56,935 nt of DNA from contig CANLLM010000004.1 in assembly GCA_947491825.1 (NCBI GenBank), positions 1-56,935 of the forward strand, given 5' to 3'. The translations under genes were made by a program, and so were the position numbers. Below the pieces are notes generated by a model. It saw only the letters and a program-made list of their open reading frames with translations, had not been told where the DNA came from and ran no database searches. Source of the stretch: Bacteroidota bacterium (GTDB taxonomy: Bacteria > Bacteroidota > Bacteroidia > UKL13-3). Positions 1 through 8,315 of this stretch are shown here, piece after piece. Within the stretch, counting starts at the first letter, position 1. Each line of letters opens with the position of its first letter.

Positions 1-2728
1 CAGCGTTAAAGTCTTGCACAATAGGTGCATTGCTGGTGGCTAACACATTACGCACTAATGGGGGTAAGGTGTCGTTTATTGCATTTCCATCAGGTCCAAA
101 ACGTGTCCATGCGGTAAATGTGTATGCCCCTGCTGAGTCGAAATTAAATGAAGGAATAACAGTAACGTTTAAGGTATTACCTGCAGCTAATGATCCACTA
201 GTAACCAATATTGGTCCGAATGAAATGGTATTGCCCGAAGGTTTAATTACTCTTCCAAAAATACGCAGCGTATCGGTAGTAAAAGATTGGTTTAATAATC
301 CTAAATTTTGTACTTGAACTGATACTGGTTGATTACCAAGGTTAACACATCCTGTTCCGGGTGCAAATAAATCAACTACACCTAAATCATCATTAATAGT
401 TAATCGAGGTTCAATCATAAACCTAAATTGGTTATTAGGGTTTACGGCAAAATCATTCCAAGCTAAACTTTGGAAACCTACACCTTGGCGGAAATAAAAT
501 GTTTGGTTACGAATAGGATTTTCGTTTTGAAATGCAAAACCAATATTGTTTGCTGTGGTTTGACGAACTCCTATGTAAAAAGAACCGCTAACTGGCACAG
601 AAGGTATTGATAAATTAAATATACCATTCACTGTATTTTGTGTAGCAGATACCCAAAATGGAACTCTCTTTGGTCCAAGTGTAGCACCCGAATCTTCATA
701 CATTACAACTTGGAAAGGAAATGGTCCGTTAAAGAAATTGTTTGTAAAATTAACATTTACTTGGTTTAAGAAATTTGGAACGGGGGTATAAAATTTAGCA
801 ACAATTTCGCCTTCAGGATTTGTTCCTACATTACCTGTTTGTGCTGTGAAAGGGCGGCTGTAGCTTAAAGCATTCAATGTATTTTCTCTAACCCAAAGCG
901 AAGTATCGTTGCTTCGTTTTTGATCTGGGTTTGGATAGGCCCTCAATGTATCGAAACCTAAAATAAATGGAGTGTAAGGCACCAAGTTAATAATGGTTTC
1001 TCCACCCATAGGTAAACTGACGTTTACAGCACCCAAGTAACCATTTTTTGAACTGGTTAAGTTTATAGGGTGATTTGTTACAGCGGAAGCTCCTAAGTTT
1101 CTAACCAATACCCTTACTGTATCGTCTGTACCAATGGGTATTTTTCCATACGTATACAATATAACCGTTTGTATATCGAAGGTATCAATCGGGGTTGAAG
1201 ATTCAAATGCACCTCTATATGGTGTTATTGTACTTCTTGTAGTGCCATAATAATCAGTTGTAATGGCAGCAATTGGTGTTCCTGCTAATTTTCCTCCAGA
1301 CGTGTTAGGGCCATTTAGATTGATACTTGGTTCGGTGGTGTTGTTAAAATCTACAATACCAAATACCGCATTTTGCTCTAGCGGAAACGCAGCTGCTTTA
1401 TAGGTGGCTATGGTGCTATAGAAAAAGCCAATCCATGCATTAACAAAGGCTCCACCGCCTGAGTAGGTATTGTAGTCAATTACATTAGTACCTGCTGTAG
1501 GCGTGCTATAAAATGCACCTACATGCTGGTTTGCAGAACCCGTGCGTGTATTTAAAACGATGTTGTTGCGGCAAGTGAAACTAGACGTTGCACTTGAGTT
1601 TGATTTCAGAAGACCTATTGTAGTAGGATTTCCATTTGCAGTTACATGTGTTCCGCCAATACGAAATGTATTATTTTCTACAATTACTGATGCTTGTGCT
1701 GTGCCTCCAAAAACCAAACAACGCACAACTTGACTAAGCGTATTTGGGAAAGTTGCAGAGCCAAGTGAAAGACTGTTATTTCTGACAATTAATGAACCAG
1801 ATGCAATTGCAGGAGAGAATATAATGCCTTGAATAAAGTTAGCTGATGCTGTATTTATGTCGTACACCCTATTTTTAGTGACCTGAACGGTAGCTGTAGG
1901 TTCTATAAGGGTGATATTTAAAAATTGGTAACCACCAGTTGTTGTAGCAATGCTGTGGGTGCAATTGTTTGAATCAATAAGTATGTTACCAACACCACTA
2001 GCCAATCTGATAGCTGTTGATTTTTGATTGATGAGTAGGTTATTAAATATATAGAAAAAATTGTTCGGAGCACCATTTGTTCCTGCAACTTCAATTCCTA
2101 AGTTACCGCCATTAATGGTACAGAAACCAACTTGATTCTCACTGTTATTTCCTGTTGATAGTCTGATTGCACTGGATGCTGTTGTACCAATCGCACCATT
2201 CTCTATATTACAGAAAGCAAAGGTATTTAGAGATGCACCATTAATAAGTGTTATGGTATGAGATGCAGCTACATTTGCACTTTGACTTATGGTGAGTAAT
2301 TTAGCACTGCCTGTTGAAAGTGGTCTTCCATCGAAAAAAATATTGTCGGCTCCAGTTAAAGTAATAAAGGAAATACCTGAAATGCCGGACGCATTAATCA
2401 CCTTTGGCACGGTAGCCGTATCTGCAGGTCTTATCATGATAAATGTATAGGCTGCTCCGGCCACATTTCCACTATCTAAAACATTGATTGCTGCGGTCTC
2501 GGTAGTATTGGCATGTACTTCTATCAAAACAACACCTCTGTGTGTTCCGTTGTTCACATTATCGAATGCTGCCTTGAGGGTGCTGTAACTAGCAGATGTG
2601 GATGTTCCAGAACTTGAACTCAATACAATTTGAGCCTGCACTGGCAATAGCCAAGATAGCAAACTAAAAAGCAGTATTATCGTGCGTATACCGCCTTTAA
2701 AAATGGGTCTAGTGTAATTGTGTTTCAT
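1..2728 (-). CDS. Large secreted/surface protein: signal peptide, right-handed beta-helix region, then CARDB/Ig-like beta-sandwich domains; 3' end lies outside the window (probable T9SS cargo)
   Basis: Manual translation from ATG at 2728 gives 909 open codons to the window edge (MKHNYTRPIFKGGIRTIILLFSLLSWLLPVQA|QIVLSS...VQDFNA). Asn/Thr/Gly-rich helix-turn repeats, then CARDB-like motifs VRVLVRNLG and VSVQVQNLG. Absent from the ORF track, presumably because its stop codon is outside the window. Confidence 0.85.
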   Translation of the reverse strand, partial: MKHNYTRPIFKGGIRTIILLFSLLSWLLPVQAQIVLSSSSGTSTSASYSTLKAAFDNVNNGTHRGVVLIEVHANTTETAAINVLDSGNVAGAAYTFIMIRPADTATVPKVINASGISGISFITLTGADNIFFDGRPLSTGSAKLLTISQSANVAASHTITLINGASLNTFAFCNIENGAIGTTASSAIRLSTGNNSENQVGFCTINGGNLGIEVAGTNGAPNNFFYIFNNLLINQKSTAIRLASGVGNILIDSNNCTHSIATTTGGYQFLNITLIEPTATVQVTKNRVYDINTASANFIQGIIFSPAIASGSLIVRNNSLSLGSATFPNTLSQVVRCLVFGGTAQASVIVENNTFRIGGTHVTANGNPTTIGLLKSNSSATSSFTCRNNIVLNTRTGSANQHVGAFYSTPTAGTNVIDYNTYSGGGAFVNAWIGFFYSTIATYKAAAFPLEQNAVFGIVDFNNTTEPSINLNGPNTSGGKLAGTPIAAITTDYYGTTRSTITPYRGAFESSTPIDTFDIQTVILYTYGKIPIGTDDTVRVLVRNLGASAVTNHPINLTSSKNGYLGAVNVSLPMGGETIINLVPYTPFILGFDTLRAYPNPDQKRSNDTSLWVRENTLNALSYSRPFTAQTGNVGTNPEGEIVAKFYTPVPNFLNQVNVNFTNNFFNGPFPFQVVMYEDSGATLGPKRVPFWVSATQNTVNGIFNLSIPSVPVSGSFYIGVRQTTANNIGFAFQNENPIRNQTFYFRQGVGFQSLAWNDFAVNPNNQFRFMIEPRLTINDDLGVVDLFAPGTGCVNLGNQPVSVQVQNLGLLNQSFTTDTLRIFGRVIKPSGNTISFGPILVTSGSLAAGNTLNVTVIPSFNFDSAGAYTFTAWTRFGPDGNAINDTLPPLVRNVLATSNAPIVQDFNA

Positions 2729-2995
2729 CTTAAATATTTGTTTGAATTATAGTTCAATATATAAAATATCTATTTACTGAGATTATTTTTTTTTATTTTT
2801 TTTTTCAATGATCGCCCAAAATAGCCGATAGCTCTTAGAAAACAGGGAATAATTAGTAAATCAATGGTTGAGTAGGATGTTTACGTCATTCAACAGCTAA
2901 AAAACCCTAAACGCCCTCCTTTTTTGTCATGCTATCCTATTTTTTAAATAAAGGCACGTAGCATGGAAAGCAGTTTTATTTGCTTTAATAAATGC

Positions 2996-3034
2996 AAAAA
3001 ACCTATACAAAACGAATAGTTGTATAGGTCTTTT
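2996..3034 (-). terminator. Intrinsic terminator of the epimerase-TPR operon (possibly bidirectional)
   Basis: Perfect 10-bp stem ACCTATACAA (3001-3010) / TTGTATAGGT (3020-3029), flanked by A and T tracts. Confidence 0.75.
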
Positions 3035-3055
3035 ATATAAATTATCTGTTAACGT

Positions 3056-3760
3056 TTAGCGTTGTTGTTGTGCGCCTTGAACCAACTGCTGCAGGTTTCT
3101 TCGGGCCATTACAAAATCAGGGAATATTTGAATGGCTTTTTGGTAAGCTTCACCTGCTTGTTGGTACTTTTGAGTTTGGATATATAAGTAGCCTTTCATG
3201 TTCCAGCAGGCAGCAATAATTGGCACCCTTTGGCTTTGGCCTTGGTCAATAAAAATATCTACACTGTCTTTGGTGTTTTTGTATTTTTCCATCATGTTAC
3301 TAATGGTTTTATTAGCAGCGTCAAACGCTCCAGTAACCAATTGTACAGAGGCAATTTTGTATACATATTCAGCTTTACCTGTTTTATCGTAAAGGCTATT
3401 GGCTAGAGCAAATAGCTCATCAGCTTTACCAATTTGTTCTAAACACAACATTTTATATTTAGCGTATTCTTCACTTTCTGGGTAACGTTTTAAAGCATCT
3501 TCAGTTGTGGTTAAACAAGCGTCAATATTTTGTACAACCAAGTACATACTAGGTAAAGAATCCCTTAAAGCGTTTGTGCTATCGTGGGTTAAAATTAGTT
3601 GTACGGCAGTAATCGCTGTAGGTATGTCTTTTAAATTGTAACTGGTTTTGTATAATTTCTCTAGTTTTTGAATAGAAGCATTGCCAGCCGAATCATTGGC
3701 ATTATTGCAAGCTGTTAAAGTTAAAGTTGCTGCAGCAACAGTGGTTAAAAATAATTTCAT
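3056..3760 (-). CDS. TPR-repeat lipoprotein
   Basis: Lipobox LTAC at residues 15-18; C-terminal TPR (WNMKGYLYIQTQKYQQAGEAYQKAIQIFPDF); start overlaps the upstream stop (ATGA). Confidence 0.8.
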   Translation of the reverse strand: MKLFLTTVAAATLTLTACNNANDSAGNASIQKLEKLYKTSYNLKDIPTAITAVQLILTHDSTNALRDSLPSMYLVVQNIDACLTTTEDALKRYPESEEYAKYKMLCLEQIGKADELFALANSLYDKTGKAEYVYKIASVQLVTGAFDAANKTISNMMEKYKNTKDSVDIFIDQGQSQRVPIIAACWNMKGYLYIQTQKYQQAGEAYQKAIQIFPDFVMARRNLQQLVQGAQQQR

Positions 3761-4770
3761 GATGTTTGTTTTTGTTGTAATAAATGATTGCAGGTTTGTG
3801 CTATAGTTTGTTTTATGGGTATGAATTCAAATCCAATTTTATCTTTAATTTTTTGGTTGCTGTAATAATATTTATTGAGCGATGCGCGCGAGGTTTCTTT
3901 CGTTAAGCTAGCCTTTTTTCCGTTAAATAATGCTGCTAAACTTGCACCCATCCATGCCAACTCCGCTAAAATTTTATTTACTTCAATACTTGGTTTCTTT
4001 TTGTTAAGTTGGGTTGATGTTTCATCTAAAAAGTATTTCATATTGGTGTTTTCACTTACCAAAATAAAACGCTCGGCAAAAATATTATTATCCATTAATT
4101 GAATGGTGGCATCGGCTACATCCAATACATCTACGTATCCATTTACGCCATGGGTGTAAAAAGGCATTCCGTTGTATGCCATATTAAACAATGCACATGA
4201 GCCTTTATGCCAATCACCACTACCTAAAATAACCCCAGGATTTACAATCACAACATTTAAACCTTCCACAGATGCACGCCAAACTTCCATCTCGGCTTTG
4301 TATTTACTAACGGCATAGTTGCTGTTTAGTTTTGATTCAACCCACTTAGATTTTTCTGTTACTTGTACACCACTTTTTTCGCGACCAAGTGCAGCAATGG
4401 AACTAATATGAGCAAACTTTTTAACGCCATGGATTAAACTTAAATTTACCATATTAGCTGTGCCCTGAACGTTAGCTTGCATCATTTTTTCCTTATCCTT
4501 TTGGCTAAAAGAAACCATAGCTGCACAGTGGTATACTTCATTAACACCTTGTAGCGCCATATTAAGAGCAGGAGTGTCTAACACATCAGCTTCAACCCAA
4601 GTTAGGTTTTTCTTGGCCTCATTATTTACAAATAGTAATGAGTATATGTATTGAAACTCGGCCATATTACTGTCCGAACGTTTTAACGCCCTTACCTGCA
4701 AACCCTTTTTCAAAAGCCTACATACTAGGTGTGCACCTAAAAATCCTGTTGCTCCGCTAACTGCTATCAA
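3757..4770 (-). CDS. NAD-dependent epimerase/dehydratase (extended SDR)
   Basis: GATGFLG Rossmann motif, HCAAMV, YAVSK catalytic YxxxK, NPGVILG. Confidence 0.9.
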   Translation of the reverse strand: MIAVSGATGFLGAHLVCRLLKKGLQVRALKRSDSNMAEFQYIYSLLFVNNEAKKNLTWVEADVLDTPALNMALQGVNEVYHCAAMVSFSQKDKEKMMQANVQGTANMVNLSLIHGVKKFAHISSIAALGREKSGVQVTEKSKWVESKLNSNYAVSKYKAEMEVWRASVEGLNVVIVNPGVILGSGDWHKGSCALFNMAYNGMPFYTHGVNGYVDVLDVADATIQLMDNNIFAERFILVSENTNMKYFLDETSTQLNKKKPSIEVNKILAELAWMGASLAALFNGKKASLTKETSRASLNKYYYSNQKIKDKIGFEFIPIKQTIAQTCNHLLQQKQTS

Positions 4771-4834
4771 AGTGTGGAAATGTTTATTACCTGCGGACGA
4801 AAATAAGGTATTTTGCGACCATTAAATATACATC

Positions 4835-6001
4835 ATGCAATTAAGCGACTTCCTTCGTCCGATTCCGCAATCGGTATTTACCAATATAACTGAAACTTCT
4901 CCTAAAAGTTTAGTTAATGTAATAGATATTTACACAAAAAAATTTCCTGATTTAGACGATGTACAAATTGCCATAATAGGTGTAAAGGAAGAACGATTAA
5001 GGACTTCTCACGCAGGATTAAGTTTAACTCCTGATGAGGTGAGGAAACAATTGTATAAGTTGGTTCAGCCTAAATATGAAATAAAAATTGCTGACTTGGG
5101 TAATATTGAACCAGGAAGTAGTGTAAGTGATACCATGTTTGCACTAAATGAGTGTTTAAAAGAGCTACACGAACGTAAAATTGTAACCATTATTTTAGGT
5201 GGCCCAAGCGATTTGGCTTATGCTCAGTTTACCTCATATCAAGGGATTAACCCTAATTTAAATATGCTGGTAGCTGATGCTACAATAGATTTGAAACAAA
5301 ATGAATCTAACCCTGAATATGCTAATTATTTGTATAAAACCATTACCCATCAACCTAACTTTTTATTCAATATCATTCACATAGGCAACCAAGCTTATTT
5401 TGTAGAGCAAGAAAGTTTAGATGCATTTGATAAAATGAATTTTGATGTGTTTAGGTTAGGCCAAGTGCGCGCCAAAATGCAAGAAACAGAACCTTTGGCA
5501 CGTAATGCTGATATGATGGTATTTAGCTTAAACAGTGTTAAGGCTGCTGATATTGCTTCCAGCATTGAAATGAATCCCAATGGGTTTTATGGCGAAGAGG
5601 CTTGCCAGATTGCACGATATGCAGGAATGGGTAACGATTTAACAAGCATTGGTTTTTATGATTTAAACGCATTTCAAGATACCAATGGATGTGGTAGTAA
5701 ATTGGTTTCGCAAATGTTGTGGTATTTTGTTGATGGTTTTTATAACCGCAAGTATGATTACCCAACTGGGGAAAGTAAGGATTACATGATTTACCGTACT
5801 ACTTTTAAAGCAGGTGATTACGAGATTGTATTTTACAAAAACATATACAACGAGCGTTGGTGGATGGAAGTGCCATACCCGAAGGAACGTTCTAACCAAA
5901 AAGGAATGTTTATGGTGCCTTGTAGTTACAGCGATTACCAATCAGCATTAAACGATGAAATACCAGACAGGTGGATGCGCGCATACCAGAAATTATTGTA
6001 A
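4835..6001 (+). CDS. Arginase/formimidoylglutamase-fold protein of Bacteroidota type, with degenerate metal ligands
   Basis: IADLGNI, ILGG, ureohydrolase layout and a C-terminal RWWMEVP...EIPDRW extension; canonical GGDH and DAHxD appear as GGPS and DATID. Confidence 0.75.
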   Translation: MQLSDFLRPIPQSVFTNITETSPKSLVNVIDIYTKKFPDLDDVQIAIIGVKEERLRTSHAGLSLTPDEVRKQLYKLVQPKYEIKIADLGNIEPGSSVSDTMFALNECLKELHERKIVTIILGGPSDLAYAQFTSYQGINPNLNMLVADATIDLKQNESNPEYANYLYKTITHQPNFLFNIIHIGNQAYFVEQESLDAFDKMNFDVFRLGQVRAKMQETEPLARNADMMVFSLNSVKAADIASSIEMNPNGFYGEEACQIARYAGMGNDLTSIGFYDLNAFQDTNGCGSKLVSQMLWYFVDGFYNRKYDYPTGESKDYMIYRTTFKAGDYEIVFYKNIYNERWWMEVPYPKERSNQKGMFMVPCSYSDYQSALNDEIPDRWMRAYQKLL

Positions 6002-6065
6002 TTGTAGCTGAAAAAGGAAATTAGCTACTGTTTGTAATACGCACCTTTTTATAGCTATACTTTTT

Positions 6066-6917
6066 ATGCATATTTGCCTCATGGAAGCCTATTTTGAATT
6101 TGCTATAATTTGTGACGAAGACACCAGAGAATTGCTTATTGCAGAATTAGCTGAATTAGAATACGAGGGGTTTATTGAAACTGATGAAGGTTTTTCAGCT
6201 TACATTCCTCAATCACTCCATCATCCTTTATTGTATAACGATTTGCTTTTAAAGTACGGAATCAATCCAAACGATGTCCCACACAGCATTATCGAACCCC
6301 AAAATTGGAATGCACAATGGGAAGCTTCTTACGAGCCAATTGTTGTTGCCGATAAGATTTTAGTACGTGCTCCGTTTCACGATTTAGAAATGGATTATGA
6401 ACATACCATAACCATACAACCAAAAAACACTTTTGGTACCGGACACCATGAAACCACTCAATTGGTTTTAGAGTTGATGCTGAAACAAGATTTTACCAAT
6501 AAACAAATATTTGATTACGGGTGTGGTACAGGAGTGCTTGGTTTAATGGCTTTAAAATTAGGTGCTGCCCATATTATAGGTAATGACATTGATGAATGGT
6601 GTTTAGATAATATTGCTGAAAATAAAGGCTTAAATAATTTGGATAATTTTGAATTCAGACTAGGGTCTTTATCAGTAATTAAAGTAACGGAAACTTTTGA
6701 TGGTGTGTTGGCGAATATCAATAAAAACATTTTGCTGAGTAGTTTTAGTACCATGGTTAAACACATGAAACCAGGTGCGTTTTTATTAATTAGTGGTTTT
6801 TACGAATCTGATTTAATCGATTTAAAAAATGCTACTGAGCCACTTGGTTTACAGTTTAAAAAACACTTGGTTAAAAATAATTGGTGCGCGGCTCAATTCA
6901 TTTATCAACCTAAATAA
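6066..6917 (+). CDS. prmA: Ribosomal protein L11 methyltransferase
   Basis: NWNAQWE, FGTGHHETT, DYGCGTGVL SAM motif, ANINKN, ISGF. Confidence 0.93.
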   Translation: MHICLMEAYFEFAIICDEDTRELLIAELAELEYEGFIETDEGFSAYIPQSLHHPLLYNDLLLKYGINPNDVPHSIIEPQNWNAQWEASYEPIVVADKILVRAPFHDLEMDYEHTITIQPKNTFGTGHHETTQLVLELMLKQDFTNKQIFDYGCGTGVLGLMALKLGAAHIIGNDIDEWCLDNIAENKGLNNLDNFEFRLGSLSVIKVTETFDGVLANINKNILLSSFSTMVKHMKPGAFLLISGFYESDLIDLKNATEPLGLQFKKHLVKNNWCAAQFIYQPK

Positions 6918-6947
6918 ATATTATAAATTAAATAAAGAACACAACGT

Positions 6948-8144
6948 ATGTACGGTAAATTACAACAACACTTACAACAAGAATTAGCTGATATTAAAGC
7001 AGCAGGATTATATAAAAGCGAGCGCATTATTGTATCGGAGCAGGGGGCAGAAATTACCTTAAATACTGGTCAAAGTGTGTTAAATTTTTGCGCCAATAAT
7101 TACTTGGGTTTATCATCTCATCCGCGTGTTAAAGAAGCTGCTAAAAAAGCTTTGGAAACCCATGGTTTTGGTGTTAGCAGTGTACGTTTTATTTGTGGTA
7201 CCCAAGATATTCATAAAGCATTAGAGAAAACCATTGCCGATTTTTATGGTACGGAAGATACCATTTTGTACGCAGCTGCTTTTGATGCAATGGGGGCGTT
7301 TTTGAACCTTTGTTTCAAGAGGCGGATGCCATTATTAGTGATGAGTTAAATCATGGCAAGTATTATTGATGGTGTGCGTTTGTGTAAGGCACAACGCTAC
7401 CGTTATAAAAACAATGATATGGCTGATTTGGAAACGCAATTAATTGCTGCCAACGAAAAAGGTGCTCGGTTTAAAATTATTGTAACCGATGGCGTGTTTA
7501 GCATGGATGGTTATGTGGCACAAATGGATAAAATTTGTGATTTAGCCGATAAATACGATGCGTTGGTCATGACGGATGAATGCCATAGTGCAGGATTTAT
7601 TGGTAAAACCGGAAGAGGCGTTCCTGAGTTGTGCAATGTAATGGGTCGTGTAGATATAATCACTGGAACCTTAGGCAAAGCTTTAGGCGGTGCAATGGGA
7701 GGATACACCACAGGTAAAAAAGAAATTATTGAATTGTTACGTCAACGCTCTCGCCCTTATTTATTTAGTAACTCATTGGCTCCGGCAATTGTTGGTGCAA
7801 GTATTGAAGTATTTAAATTGTTAAACGAAAGCACTGCATTACGTGATAAGTTAGAGATGAACGTTAATCAGTTTAAAGCTGGCATGCAAGCAGTTGGATT
7901 TGATTTACGCGGTGGCGCTAGTGCAATTGTTCCTGTCATGTTGTATGATGCAAAATTAGCGCAGGAAATGGCCAACCAATTACTAGATGAAGGCATTTAT
8001 GTAACAGGCTTCTTTTATCCTGTGGTACCTAAAAACTTAGCACGTATACGTGTGCAACTTTCTGCAGCACATGAGCCGCATCATATTGAAAAAGCCATTG
8101 CGGCATTTACCAAAGTGGGTAAAGAGTTAGGTGTTGTAAAATAA
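6948..8144 (+). pseudogene. kbl: Glycine C-acetyltransferase (2-amino-3-ketobutyrate CoA ligase), interrupted by a -1/+1 indel pair at ~7289 and ~7355; may be a sequencing artefact in an intact gene
   Basis: [41 protein letters not shown] (PLP lysine). ORFs 6948-7349 and 7353-8144 share a frame; the missing [22 protein letters not shown] is encoded in the shifted frame at 7289-7354. Confidence 0.85.
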
Positions 8145-8170
8145 TAACCAACAAAAATTAGTTTTTGCCG

Positions 8171-8194
8171 AAAACCCGCCAAGTGCGGATTTTT
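8171..8194 (+). terminator. Probable intrinsic terminator after kbl
   Basis: AAAAcCCGC-caagt-GCGGaTTTT hairpin with a T-tract. Confidence 0.6.
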
Positions 8195-8201
8195 CTGCGT
8201 A

Positions 8202-8262
8202 TTAACAATTTGGTAACAAATTATTGATGCTGCATTAACTTAAGGATAACTTTGGTTTAATC
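8202..8262 (+). promoter_or_regulatory. Six 11-bp-phased hexamer repeats (PhoB/OmpR-family-like binding array)
   Basis: TTAACA 8202, GTAACA 8213, TTGATG 8224 (degenerate), TTAACT 8235, ATAACT 8246, TTAATC 8257. Confidence 0.65.
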
Positions 8263-8263
8263 G

Positions 8264-8290
8264 TTTGAAGTGAAAGGTGGGGTACTTTTG
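8264..8290 (+). promoter_or_regulatory. Bacteroidota housekeeping-sigma promoter of the TBDR gene
   Basis: -7 element TACTTTTG at 8283-8290; upstream TTTG at 8264-8267; ATG at 8316. Confidence 0.6.
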
Positions 8291-8315
8291 TTCACGTTTT
8301 CACACACCTAAACAA

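Noticed and set aside
30-1733. ORF-track entries 30-317 and 1542-1733 (+)
   Set aside because: Antisense shadows of the long minus-strand gene at 1-2728
7281-7360. Programmed ribosomal frameshifting in kbl
   Set aside because: It would need a -1 and then a +1 shift within 66 nt, with no X XXY YYZ heptamer or stimulatory structure; an error or lesion is simpler
8277-8315. GTG start at 8277 for the TBDR
   Set aside because: It lies upstream of the -7 element and adds a non-signal extension; ATG 8316 gives a clean signal peptide
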